Made by a program: the position numbers and the translations under genes. This document shows, in pieces, positions 13,650 through 26,839 of a stretch of DNA of 64,000 bases (the first letter of the stretch is position 1; the number at the start of each line of letters is the position of its first letter). The notes below the pieces were generated by a model. The model did no database searches. It had not been told where the DNA came from and saw only the letters and a list, made by a program, of their open reading frames with translations. The stretch spans positions 81,284,119 to 81,348,118 of the forward strand of contig JASCQW010000072.1 of assembly GCA_030264375.1 (NCBI GenBank), read 5' to 3'. The stretch comes from Carcharhinus longimanus. Its lineage: Eukaryota.

Positions 13650-13785
13650 CTGAAAAGAGAGACATGTTGCTGAAGCTTTTCATCTTGCACTCATCAGGAC
13701 AAATGAAAGAATGCTAAGTTTCAAATGATCACAACATCTTATGCTATAGGAACAGGGTGCTGATAGATTGGCAAGTCAACTCCAA
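13650..13785 (-). mobile_element. Penelope-like (PLE) terminal-repeat fragment carrying a minimal hammerhead motif
   Basis: Minus strand reads UUUGUC-CUGAUGA-GUGCAAGAU-GAAA-AGCU-UC-AGCAAC. The flank is shared with an inverted copy at 15250-15345. Confidence 0.6.
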
Positions 13786-14994
13786 GTTGATGATGTGTTA
13801 CAATGGNNNNNNNNNNNNNNNNNNNNNNNNNNNNNNNNNNNNNNNNNNNNNNNNNNNNNNNNNNNNNNNNNNNNNNNNNNNNNNNNNNNNNNNNNNNNNN
13901 NNNNNNNNNNNNNNNNNNNNAGTTCAACTGAGTATCTTAAATTGGTTGTTTCTGTAGCTATTAGCACTCTCAGGATTGTTCAGCAAGTGCTGCCCAAACA
14001 CAGAATCACAACTAACAATATACATTTTGATTTGGATTTTGCAAGTGTGAACTGGTTGAATATGTCTGTACTCTGCCTTTTACAAACAACTGAAGGAATA
14101 TGCTGTTTGTTCAGCCCACCACTGGGACATATGATCTATGTACCTGGCATTGCACTGGCACCCTAACCTCCTACCCCATGCACATTTCTGATATGTAGGT
14201 GATAAGTTTGTGATCCTTGAGTCTGCAAGATTTTCTTGCGCTCCTTTATACATTCCATTAAACGTTTTCAGATGGAACAGTTTAACCTGCTTCTTTTCTG
14301 TTAGATTCCTTTCTAACTGAGAAATCCGCTACTGGGTTCTCTACTATGATCTACCACAAACCTATCTTCACCAGTCACTATATATGTTAGGATTTCTATA
14401 ACCTCTATGCACTATAATACTTGTTTTATCAACAAACTTGTAAATAGGATCTAGCCATTTGCTCACTTGATATAGAAATAGAGTACAAGAAAGTCATCCT
14501 GGTCAGATTGCCATGTATTGTACAAACTTGCAAAAAGGCCAAAAACCTGAAAAATGCTGCATCTACCTCAAAATAATCTGGAAATGCAAAGCATCTCAAA
14601 AATGTGAATAATAGATTAAACAAGCTGTTTCACGCTGCTACCATGCAGTAGCTACACGAGTCGTATTTTCCACTAACAGGAGGTTGTTGCAGCCCAAAAT
14701 GATATCATACAATTGAGTAGCATCATGTATGAATTTTAGAGCTGGTGTGATATCAGGTCTGTAGGCCATACACCCCAATGACTGGCTGATCAAATTGAAG
14801 AGCATCAGTTGTTTGTAATTGGCAAAGTACAGTCTGAACTTGACTACCCCACTCATGCAAAACCTAAAACACAACATCTACTGTTAAATGTGATACACTG
14901 ATTGGGCAAGCACTTGCTGAAAATTCCTGTGTGCGTTAATATAGATAATCAAGCATGAAACATGGCTCAGTTCTGCTTGCTAAAAATAATATAC

Positions 14995-15130
14995 ATAGAA
15001 ACAAGAAGCAGGAATAGGCCATTCAGCCTTTCAAGCCTGTTCTGCCATTCATTTTGATCATGGCTTGATCATCGAATTCAATCTCCTAATCCCCACTTCC
15101 CTCCGTCCATTTAGTCTGCAGAGCTAAATC
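14995..15130 (-). mobile_element. CR1 3' tail
   Basis: catagaaacaagaagcaggaataggccattcagcc...cctgttctgccattc is the antisense CR1 3' UTR. Confidence 0.75.
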
Positions 15131-15249
15131 TATAGAATGCAATCATTACTCTCTATAAACAAAAGAAACATGTCCAAGCCTTACAACTTTCTTGAATTAC
15201 TGGAAGCTGGGAGATCCTATAGTGCCCCCCACCGCCCCAATATTCTCGC

Positions 15250-15345
15250 CAGGGCAACTGTTTGGCCAATCACAGTCAACTTGCTAACCAATCAGCATCC
15301 TATTCTGTGGTATAAATTGTGATCATTGGAAATTTGGCATTCTTA
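15250..15345 (+). repeat. Second, inverted fragment of the 13650-13785 family, truncated before the hammerhead motif
   Basis: Its reverse complement (agaatgccaaatttccaatgatcacaa...ggatgctgattggttagcaagttgact) aligns with 13708-13782. Confidence 0.65.
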
Positions 15346-15937
15346 TAATCTCCTTAGTGTAGCTATATGAAGAAAGCAATTTCAGATTATAAAATAGAGA
15401 GAGAAAAAGAGAGAAAGTTAAAGTTGCTGCAGTTTTTTGCAGAGGGAATTTGATCTTTGGTCCTCTAGTCATGGAAATAGTGTTTATTTATAAAGAAAAT
15501 CACTGTCAATTCCTTTATATTTCAATGGACTTTTAATACCTGTGGAAGATACAAGATTTTAAAACAGAGACAATGTTTGAACTTCTGGTCTCCTTTTCTC
15601 TAGATATTCAATTATATGACCAACTGAAGCATTGGTTATCAAAGGACCTTCGCATTCAGGGAGAGAGTGATTTCCCTGCAGGGACTTGGTCCTATTTTAG
15701 CTGCTGCCGCTCAGTCAACACTGTGTATATTCTCCTCGGCCGATTTGTCAATGCAGATTACTTAGATGGCATATCTCTGTTCCAATGCATTATTGCAGTG
15801 TTGTAGGCAAATTGCAAGCTATCTGAAAAAAAAAATCAACTATATCTTAACATCACAGCAACTTTAATTTAACACATTGGGTGCCAGGGTGGAAGCGAAA
15901 ACTACTTATTTTTAAAACTTGTATGTGTGTAAGCTAA

Positions 15938-16260
15938 GCACTGTGGCACAGTGGTTAGCACTGCTGCCTCACAGCACCAGGGACTCAGGTTCAATTCTGG
16001 CCTCAGGTCACTGTCTGTGTGGAGTTTGCATATTCTCTCCATGTCTGCATGAGTTTCCTCCAGGTGCTCCGGTTTCTTCCCACAGTCCAAAGATGTGCAG
16101 GTTAGGTTGATTAGCCGTGATAAATTAACCCTTAGTGTCAGGGATGTTAGCAGGGATTTCATGGATTACAGGGATAGGACCTGGGTGGGATTGTTGCTGG
16201 TGAAGACTTAATGGGCCGAATGGTTGCCTTCTTCATTGCAGGGATTCTATGATTCTATGA
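15938..16260 (+). mobile_element. tRNA-derived V-SINE (HE1-like) with CR1-type tail
   Basis: A box tggcacagtggttagca, B box ggttcaattc, central ggagtttgca...cacagtccaaagatgtgcaggttagg, and tail atgggccgaatgg...(attctatg)2. Confidence 0.9.
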
Positions 16261-16434
16261 ACCATGTAAAATCCCAGTTCAATGAGGAAGTTGAGAGATA
16301 ATCTTATCTGCTTTTTTAAATATTAGCTTGGAATTTTATTGGCATAGTAAAAGATTGAGCAGAAAGCCTTTCCTTATTTTTGTTCAGAGTTCATGAATGT
16401 TAGTAATGGGAGATGGAGCACTTTCCAGACAACT

Positions 16435-16770
16435 TGAGTCAGCACCATGCACTCCCAGGTATGGCACTGCTTTATTCTGTGGTAAAACTCCCCCAGCAAA
16501 GTCCATCATACAAGTGCATCTCTATTGCAGTGAAATTTTCATTGCCCACACTAGCCGTTTTGTGACCTCTAAGTAGGATTGTGAATTAATGCTAAACTAG
16601 GGAAAGTTTTGTGCCATGGGTCAATGTCCACTAGCAATCAAATTATGAAAATACATATCACAAAGAGTCCTTGCAGCAGACAGACACAGCAAAATTCATT
16701 CCATCAGCCTAAGTAGGACTCAAATCGGGTTAGATGTGAAAAGTTAGTGTCTAATATGCTGCACCACCTA
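16435..16770 (-). mobile_element. LF-SINE-like ancient SINE remnant
   Basis: tRNA-like head on the minus strand (ggtggtgcagcatattagacactaacttttcacatct). The body resembles the reverse of 43040-43310. Confidence 0.45.
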
Positions 16771-18539
16771 CCCTGTTTTATGATCCATTTTTGTGCTGGT
16801 TAGGGGCTTGTCAGTGCAGGCTGGGACCAACAGTGTGCTTCCCATACCTGAAGTGTGAATATGTTAAAAGAATTAAATATTAAAATAAAAAGATCATATA
16901 ATCGTCACATCACTGCTTTATGTCCGTCAAGAAGCAATCTGCAATTGGGACTATTAACAAATGTTGGGCCCCATATACATTGTAGATAATGAAGTCTCTG
17001 CAATTCAGTATTTGCATAGCCCTAAATGTGCTGGTTTTAAATTCTCAAATATCTAAAAAACATAAATACAGATTTTGACCTGAGTCAGTGGACAAAGTGG
17101 GCATATGAATTTGTGAAGAATGCTTTATTTTCTTCTTTCTGACTTGCTTTCCTTCCTACCCAATTCTAAACAAAAGTAGGAGACAATCAACACAACATGT
17201 TGGCAATGTCATGTAACTGGCATCCTTAATATCAATTTTCAAAAAGATCAGCAGTAAGCAGAGTTTATGAAGCTGCAGCGTGCAAGAGTCTACATGCTTG
17301 ACAAGAGGTGAGAGTTAGCTAAGCACATGACAGCCGAGTCCTCAAGGTGAGGGTCATTTTAGTTCACATACATGGATATAAGTTTGGAAGAAATGTAAAA
17401 CCATATTTCAGTTATAGCAATTACTCAACACTTATTTTTCGAGGGAGTAAATGTTGATTTGCAACTTTAAACATTACAAGTCCTGGAGTTCATCATGAGC
17501 CCTGAAGTTTAAAGTGAATTAAATTGCTCCCCTCACCACCAAATCTCACACAAAGCAGATACATGTTTGAAAAGTTGGATGTGACATTGAGAGATTTTCA
17601 CCAGGCCACTGTAAACATGCTGTCAGTTGCTAGTACTGCTTAAAACAACACATATATGAGCCAGTTGGTAACAAAGAACAAGCATACAGCAACACCAACA
17701 CTGATGAGGGAGATAAACATGGCACAAATTGGCAATTATGCATTTAGAGTTGCTGGCACATAGCACACTTATATCAAACAGAGACACACACATAGGCTGT
17801 ATGATACAGCTTTTGTACTGGAACAGCAATAAATGTCTGAAATGGATAACACTGGAATAGGAGAGTATACAATGTTAAGGCTCTTTTTAAGGATCACAAA
17901 CTCACACACACTCATTCACTCATTGCAGATCAACTTATGGAGTGAATTACTTGCATAATTCATCTCACTGAAGATGAGTGGCACTCATCATAGTTCAGTT
18001 GCTAATTGCAACGGTATCCAGATATATAAATATTAAAATATAAATGTCCAGATATATAAATACAATTGAGTTCCTAATATAACCAGAGATTATCTTTTTC
18101 TATAATGTAAATCATAAAAAAAAGTCTAAAGGGATATTATCAAGTCTGAGTCCATGAATTCACAGATTTATCTCTGTCCAGAAATTAACATTCCAATTTG
18201 GCCACAAGTCCCAGAAGTATAAATCAGAAATAAATACTCGAACAAAGCCAAGGGTTTCCTTCAATGCACAGGTGCTCAATTACTTATGTTCCTAAGGCAC
18301 TCACTACCTAAAAAGACATATCAAACTGAGCATGGTTTTCAACGCAAGCGCTTTGATATAAGATCAATACAATCGTGATTTTTTTTCAACAGCGTCATAT
18401 CCCAGTTCAGTCAGAGATTGTGCTTTTGTTTCAAACGAAGCAACTACAATGTAAATACAGCCATACATAAGCACATCACAATTTACCTGTATGGTCACAT
18501 GTTTTGCTGCACAACTTGAATTCAGATAGTGCCACTGAT

Positions 18540-19240
18540 GTATAGAATATCACAAAAGGTACTTCACAGAAGAGAAACAAATGATGAGCAGCAAAAGACA
18601 AAGTGGGAGAAATGACTGAATACACAATTGAAGAAGTAGATTTTTAAAGGAAGGAATAGAAATAGCAAGACTGAGACTCTTCTGGAGGAACTTCCCAAGA
18701 ATAGGGTCAAGATGATTGAAGACTGTGGTGCCGAGATAGAGCTGAATACCATAGGACACATGGAAAACCACAGTTGGAGACCTAATGGAGAGGCTGCTGT
18801 ACAGGACTGGAAGAGGTTAATAGATGAGTGTATGACGTTGTGAAGGAATCTATACACAAGGATGAAGTTTTTGAATTCAATGGATTGAGCGATGGAAAGG
18901 GAATTGAGTTTACAGGGACAGTGACACAGGTTGAAGGACGCTTTAGAGTATAGAATGCAGACCTTGGAGTTGCAGAGATATCTTAGCGAGTTTATGCAGG
19001 GTAGAACTTGAGCAGCTGGTAAGGGATATGTCAGGGAAGATAAGTTAACAAAGGTGACAAATATCATTAGCAGTAGGGCAATGTCAAAGTTGGAGGCGAA
19101 CCAGCTGTGTTTTTGGTAGGAGCCAAACAAGATGATTAAATTCTTACCACTATTTGGTTGAATATCATTGAACTTTCTACTTGATTGCAAACAAATGATC
19201 TGACAATAAAAAGGTGGCCATGGAGAACTTATAGCTGTAT
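18540..19240 (-). mobile_element. L2 LINE 3' fragment
   Basis: ORF 18564..19190 includes IAQSIEFKNFILVYRFLHN, resembling the L2 ORF2 C-terminal motif RIDFKILILVFKSLHG. Confidence 0.7.
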
Positions 19241-19363
19241 ATCATATGGAAGGCTACCCCATAGCTATAGATCATATTGTTGAGACACATTTGGGAAAAG
19301 AGGAAATAAAAACAAAAGTGAAATTTTGGGGTATCTCTGAGGAGACCACAGGGATAGGTAATT

Positions 19364-19415
19364 GTGTATGTGTGTGTGTGTGTATACACGTGTGTGTGTA
19401 CGTGTGTGTGTGTAC

Positions 19416-19450
<35 letters not shown>
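19364..19450. repeat. Compound (TG)n(AG)n microsatellite
   Basis: Directly visible. Confidence 0.95.
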
Positions 19451-20374
19451 CGCATATGCATTAGCAATTATGAACCAGGTTTCTGTGTTCCATAAAGGTT
19501 GGGGATGGGTGTGGGGTTTGGCAAAAATCTAAACTGCGGGGTCTGAAATTTGAATTTCCCCTCAAAAAGAATCCCACACAACTACCCATAGGTGTGAAGA
19601 GCTTCAGTCTAGGTTTGGCTTGTGAGCCCACATGCACAGCCTGTGACATTAGGGTCACTATTGACAGGGCAGGAGAAGTTTGTATTTCAAACCAACAATA
19701 TTTCTGTTGAGACGCATTTGGAAGCCTTTGGAAAACCCACCAAGTAAGAGAGTGCAGGAAATTTGCTGAGGCATCAGGAACATTCTGACAGGCAAAAGTA
19801 ACATTAAATATCACTATTAGATGCCATCTTATAAGTTAGATGTATTTTTGCTGCAGTCATTGATCATGGGGTTTGGTTATGAAAGGGCAGGTTGATCCCT
19901 ACATCAATCAGTATTGTGTGTTGAGATGCATTAAAGAGCTATTCCCGAATGGATAAAGTGGATTATGTATTTCAAAACTGCAGAAAGAAGTGTGAACTCT
20001 CATCATGATCTGAAGTGATTTTAATGCTGACAGTGTTTTCACTTAAAACATAATGCCTGAGTTTAAACTTAAAAGAAAAGCTAGCCCTCTAATTTTGGAT
20101 TGCTTTGAATGAGAGGCTATCTGATGTAGCTTAGGAAAAACCTAACTACCCTTGTCTTCAATTCGAAAAGGCTCCATTGTCCATGCTGAAATGGTTTGTT
20201 TTCACAGATGAGCCTATTATGCTTGACTGAGGTTCAAAATCTGCACTTATTTCAAAATTTCAATTGTTTACACAGTTATGCAGGAGACTGGGAGTGTGGC
20301 TTGACTGACAGTTTTAGGAGAATATAACCTGTCTTAGATGTGGTTTCTGAATATATGTCTGCTTGCGTTCAATG

Positions 20375-20945
20375 ATCATCTCAAATGAGAGAGAACCTAA
20401 ATTATTTCCCCTTGACATTCAGTAGTGTTACCGTCACTAAATTCCCCATTAACATCTTGGGGGTTACCCCCAACTGGCAAGAAACTAAACTGGATGTGCC
20501 ATATAAATACAATGGCTATAAGAACAAGTCAGTAGCTGGGGATTCTCCTGACTCCCCAAAGGTTGTCCACCATCTGCAAGGCACAAGTCAGGAGCGTGAT
20601 TGAATATTCTCCTGGATGAGTGAAGCTCCAACAACATTCAAGAAGCTTGACAGCATCCAAAACAAAGCAGCCAATTTAAACATGCACTCCACTGACCACC
20701 TAAAAAGGGTAAGGGCAGCAGATACTTGCGAACACCACCAGCTGCAAGTTCCCCTCCAAGTCACATACCATCCTGACTTGGAACCATATTACCATTCCTT
20801 CACTGTCACTGAGTCAAAATCCTGGAACTCCCTTCCAAAAACCAATGTGGGTGTACCTATACCAGAAAGTCTGCAGAAGTTAAAGGTTGCAGTTTTCTCA
20901 AGGGCAATTAACACTAGCCTAGACAGCAACACTCATATCCTGCGA
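20375..20945 (+). mobile_element. LINE 3' fragment (same family as 51330-52700)
   Basis: caccatctgcaaggcacaagtcagga, KKLDSIQNKAA and ccatcctgacttggaa are shared with the reverse of 51330-52000. Confidence 0.8.
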
Positions 20946-21469
20946 AAGAAAACTAATCAACTTAATGATCAATTAAGGAGTTTTGATTTTTTTCAATGGG
21001 ATTGGAGTTTTTTCTGTGCAGTATGAATGGTGATTGATTGGTAATTCTATTTAATGATTAGAGTTTTTTTTCAAGTCCATTTTGTGGACTTCCCATTGCT
21101 ATTATGTGGCTCCTGAGGTCTGCCCATCATGGATACTTGCTGGGTGGCTTTGGAGAATACATGAGAGGCTTGGAGAAGACTTGATGGAATATAACAGGGC
21201 ATGGGAGGATGAATGGAGGTGTGAGAGCTAGGGGACATAAGAACAATATTAAAGAGTTCGGTTGAGGTCCTTGGGAACCAAGGTGAGCTTTCTAATCAGC
21301 CTGCATCAGCACCTGAATGCCTCAATCATCATCTTGGATCTGCCTAAGATCCAAAATTTGCCTGTCCACATCTCCAGAAGACAAAAGTATGGTGCTATGA
21401 AGAAGGTGACTGGTTCAAGTTGGTTAAATTGTGAACTGCCTTGACTCATGTTTCTTGAACTAGAGACCA

Positions 21470-21514
21470 GGTGTGTGTGTGTGTGCGTGTGCGTGTGCGT
21501 GTGTGTGTGTGTGT
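21470..21514. repeat. (TG)n/(TGCG) microsatellite
   Basis: Directly visible. Confidence 0.9.
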
Positions 21515-24500
21515 ATGCATGCACCACAGTGAGTGAGGGAGAGAGGAGGCAGGGTTATTAATTGTGTATGGGAGGTGAAATATCAGCTTCCCAGTCAAGG
21601 AGAAAGTTGGTGACGGATTAAAGGAGGATTGTGATTCCCGATAGCATTAACATGTCGTGCATACTTGTTAAATGGTTGCTAGATTAAATTAAACTTTTAC
21701 AAATAAGTCAGTGGCAAACAAAGTAATCTGCTGGGTGGATCTGGAATAAATGTGGAACTTTATTGGCCCTGGGAAAAGCTGAGCTGTTGCACTGAGTTAG
21801 GGTAGTGACTGTCCAGGGAGGTGAGGGGCATGGCTTTCTGTGGAAGACAGGTTGGGTTATGGGTGCTCCAAGAAGGGTTGGGGGGACAGAAAGAGGGAGC
21901 CTGACAATAGTTGAAAGGTCAGCCGGTGTCAAAGGCAGCCCAAACATGCTGAAGTTGAGATCAAGGAGTTTTTTTTGACGGCAGACCAGGAGAGTTGAGG
22001 AGCGATAGTGAGCTTGTGTATCCGAGAGAGTGAGAGGAGGGATAGAGCCCCTTGCCTACTGCAAACATTAGAAGAGAAAACATTATGCCGAATGTGGACA
22101 ACTGATGAATTCATAGAGAGAAAGGTGGGACGGGGGTCTCACATTAGCACAAGCAACACAGCTGTCAAAAATCTGAGTTTCACAGATAAGCAAGTTACTT
22201 GGAAGTAAAACAAAACGAAATGATTAACCAGATGAACAAATAAAATTATGACATTAAATGGCAGTTAGAGCCGCTGACTGGTTTACATGGCAGATGGCTC
22301 TGGAGAATAAATATTTTCATGTTTTACTTCTGAGGAATTCATTTCTCAAACAAACTTTTTTGTCTTCACATTTTTTACTGTCCATTATATCATTTGTTTA
22401 CTCTGATCTTTTAATTCTTCCGTCATCCTAGGGGTTGGTAAAGGGCTACCTTCCCATGCCATGTTCAAATTCTTTATTGTCCCTAAGCCATAATTATAAC
22501 TAAGTTTGCACCCTTTCTATTCTACTTACAAGGTTTGCTCCCTATTTACAAAGTCTGCTCCCAGGCATCGGCCAAAATGCTTTTTTATCATTTGTTGGCA
22601 AGCAGTCATGAGTTGTTTCGAGTGACTTGCCTTCCTATTTCCATTCTGCCTACTTATCCAATCAGGATTGAGAATTTACATGTGATTCATAATTGTAAAA
22701 CCAATTGCAGTTCTCTGATACTGTAAATGCAAATCAGATAGGTATCAGGGCAGAATCACATGCACCACGGTTTGTTGCTACAGATCAAAAATTATGTTAA
22801 TTTGGCTGTGCAACAATGCAAACAAAACATGCTTGAGTTCTCCTGATTTGCGTGTAATAATAATTTATCACCCCCCCATCACTTTCCATGTCACTGACTT
22901 CTGGGAATTCATCTCTTTACTGCTTCATTGACCTGTATTTAAAATTGAGGCCTATTCCTACAAATATTTTTGCTATTTTCCAGGCATACATATTCTTATA
23001 CTCCTTTAAAATGTACTTAGGCAGTGAATATGGATTTCAATGAAAATGTGAACTGTTAAACAGGTACAGTGTTGCAATAATAAAAGGCAATGGCAATGCG
23101 TTTGGATTATGGCATGAGCTGCAAATTTAGTTGAAAGATGAAACTCAACAGAACTCGGACAGCACAAATGCAAAACAATGTTGCAGGCATCTGTGAATGC
23201 TACTCACTGTAGAGCTAACAATACATAATTTAAAAGCACTCACTAACTTTGAGTTATCCTGCGATGATAAATACACCCAGGATGTTGATGGTTCCATCCA
23301 GTTGTACTTTGCCTTAAAAATTTGTAATACAGCTTCAAGTGCTCGATATCAGTATTTTAACAAAAAATAAAATTTCAGTATATACTGAATGCACACAAAA
23401 TGTAATCTTTAGCATCAGAAGCATTATTCGCCTCTAAGTTCTAGTTTTGTATCCTTTTCCTGGATTATGTTTGTTCATCAGCAACAAAATTATAAATTGA
23501 ACTAAAGTCAAATAGTTCCACTAACTATGTCCTCACTCACTCAATGGCCAGGAGGAAAGCTGTGCAAAATTTTCCTTGATAACCTCTGACCCAAATCATG
23601 CAAAAACTCGACACTGGTATTTAATGACATTGATTTTATAAAAAGAGTCAAATTAGCCTGTTAATTAGATTATCAAAGGTGAAAAGCAACTGATTACTAT
23701 ATAAAACTACCAGTGTCACTATGTAACATGGCTGCCTCATTTGGAAATTGCTGCAAACTCTTCCAAACGATGGTTTGTTCCTCCAAAAATATCAAGCCCA
23801 TGTTATATAAAGATCATGTAAAATCTCATGCACCAAGGACTCAACTTGATTCATTATCCACTCACTTTTTAAAAGTTCTATATAATTATTCCTTGATCCA
23901 CAAAATTGATAGCAAAGTTCCAAATTATACATTGATCCTCAGACTGTTACTATTCAACTGAAGAAAACTGCCCCCCCCAGATGAGAGCCCAACTCTCCTG
24001 GATTCAGCCACACATGAACTGTTGTTCCTTATGGAATAATTGACAATCTTAATCTATTATCATTACAAAGTCCTAATTTTCTAACCAGAATCAATTATTC
24101 AATTGTATCATCTATACTATTTTAGCCATATATTTTTACTGATTATCTTGATTTTAATTCTGTCTGGGTGCAGAGATGTAAACTACTTTAAATGTATAAG
24201 ATTTGGCAAATCAGTAACTAACGCATATCTTGCGTCGTATGGATTGATTTCGGTGCCTTTAATAAAAAGGGAGTGGGTATGGTAAGTTTGGTAAACACCA
24301 TACAAAATACAGCACCTGAATCTCAGTTTAGAAACAAACTGTTAATCACCAAAGGGTTGACCATTTATTTGTCTTGTTCTTTCACGAGTATCAAAACGTA
24401 ATATATACAGGAAGTGCGTGTATAAATAAAATGCCTTCTGTACAACAAATCAAATGCACAAGTGATGTTTTCATAAATTACACACCAACACTAAACAAAG

Positions 24501-26635
24501 CCCTTTTAAGTGATTTAGATTAAATTTTAACATCAATGACAAAATTTACATAGTACTTGTAATGAAGTTATAGTTAAGTGAAGTATGGGCAAGGGAAAAG
24601 TTATAATTTGGAAACAGTGCACAAAGAGGCTAGACATGAATCCTTATCTGATTATATATTCCTGTTTACAATATGGTCAATAATCAATCAACAATAAAAT
24701 TACTAAAAAGTTACATTTGGTCTAATGTGTGAAATATTAAATGCAGCTAATTTATGTCATAGGAATTGGTTGTCTTCTGTAATGATTAAATAGATGGAAT
24801 CCAGATACATTTTTTGGGATTCGTCCTCCAGAAATTTAGCAAAGAGACTGAAAAACTGCCTGAGACTTTGATATACAAGGTCCCTACTGGGTTACTGTTC
24901 TGTGCAGGAATTAAGTTTTCCAACTCTGGTTGAACAAATTCAGCAATGTTCCTTTACACGCCCTAAAGATATTGTAGGATGTGTTTCAGCCAATTCACAG
25001 AGTGGCGAGTGTGCAGATTCAGTTTGTGTGCTGTTGCCACTTTGCAGGGGTGGGGTGGGGAGAGAGGGAGATTTTCAGGCATCCACTGGACAGAAATTGG
25101 ATTGGAAAACAATAGACTATGACTTCTCCTACGGATGATGGATGGAGCTTGTGCCAAAGTTAGGAAGTAGAGGTCATTCTAATATGGAATCTAAGGCTCT
25201 ATGCCTACATACAACCCCAATTTTAGGGTAGGTCTTTGCTGTCATATATGGAGTAGCTCACAAAAATTAAATCAATGCTACTATTGTAAAATGAGTAATT
25301 AAAAGACAGAGATTATTGCCTTCTTAACAGGAAGCTAGTATTTGATGGGTTTCTTTGGCAACAAGATTCAGATATGTTTGAAGATGAAAACCCAGGCTTC
25401 CACCCAATCTCCCTGAGCCTCCAGAAAACACAGCTGTGCTTCAACTTTCCCACAGAAACAATTGCATGGGATTACCAACACAGCCATTCCTAAATGGGGA
25501 TCAGGAAAAATGGACACATTCCACAAATGAATATGGGCAAATGTACATCCCTACGTGGAATTTTAAAAAACAACACAAACACTATTCAGCCATAGGTACT
25601 AGCCATTTTTGCAGAGTAATATTTAACAAGTCATTAAGGACATGTTATCTCACTAAAACTTTGTGGGAAACACAAGGACTTGGCTTGTGCATAAAATGTT
25701 GTAATTCCCTCTAAATGGGTAATCTACTTTTAATTTAACAAAGAAAAGTTTCTGAACCAACAAGCACCCGCAATTGGTTCACATTGCTTTTCTCAACTTG
25801 GTTCGGCGCCTCTTTCTTGTAAAAAATTATTGCAAATTAAAGATACAAGTAGCATCTCCAAGTGTCAGCTGCTGAGCATTTGACTGAAATGCTGCTTCAA
25901 AGTTTTTCATGACCTAACTTAATTTGGTTGAGTTCTCCATTCTGTTTCTTATATGGACCATTTTGTAAAACCAAAGACATTGTTTGAAATGTTTTAAATT
26001 AATGTGAGAATGGATGTTCCAGATGAAAAATCAATCAACAGCCCTGTTTAAAGCCATTGTTTCACTGATTATAACGAGCGAATGCTTTAATGGAGGGTAC
26101 TGCCAATGAAAGAATAGTACCAGGAAAAAGAACAATACCAACTTCCATTAGCCAAACGTGAGACTTCATGCCTATCAATTTATTACAATCTAGTCAGAAA
26201 GCCTGGACAAACATTTTGGTTTGTCAGTTTGAGGCTTATCACTTTGGGAAAGACCATTTGTCTCCAACACAGTGACTCCGGTTAGTTATAGGGAAAGAGC
26301 AGATCCTGAAATCTGCAATGAACATCCCAGCATTTATTACTCCCACAGCAAGCTAAATAAAATGTTAGTGAGACATTGCAGTGGTGCTGTGAATGATATG
26401 TCAAATTAATTGTGATGGTGAGTCAATGCGTAAATCACGCTTTAAAAAATATAAATGTTCTTAAAATCTGCACATGTGAAAATGTGATGGACAAATGATG
26501 TGATCCAGAGCTGCAGAGGAGCCATGAAGTGAAGACATGTTATAAGTTGCCTGCAAAAATCATTTTAAAATCAAAAGATTGGTTTCTCCAGCCAGCACAG
26601 TCTCAGTAAGTATGTAACTACCCATTTAAACTCAC

Positions 26636-26839
26636 TTAGCTTGGTTGAGCTTGCCCGATGCTAGGAGAGTCTGGACTGTATGCCAGCGCCCACCTTTCCC
26701 AACCTTGCCATTGGCAGCTTCACCCCGATTATTGTTGGAAGATCCGCTGCTCTTCATGCTGTTGCTGCGGGTTTGCTTCTCGGCCGTGCGTGTTTCTTTA
26801 TCAGCTACTGCAGCTTTGTTACCGGACATGAGAGAGCCA
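26636..26839 (-). CDS. SYT7: Synaptotagmin-7 linker cassette exon (204 nt; (N)GSLMSGNKAAVADKE...GKVGKGGRWHTVQTLLASGKLNQA)
   Basis: Acceptor cttcctgtccgtattag|TGGCTCT and donor GCTAA|gtgagt; phase 2/2. Overlaps ORF 26632..26829. The C-terminal part matches mammalian GKAGRGRWRTVQSHLAAGKLNLS. Confidence 0.9.

Noticed and set aside
15938-16010. tRNA gene
   Set aside because: The A/B boxes belong to a SINE head; there is no complete cloverleaf and the SINE body follows.
23140-23166. RE1/NRSE-like cggacagcac
   Set aside because: Only the right half-site matches; the left half and spacing are wrong.
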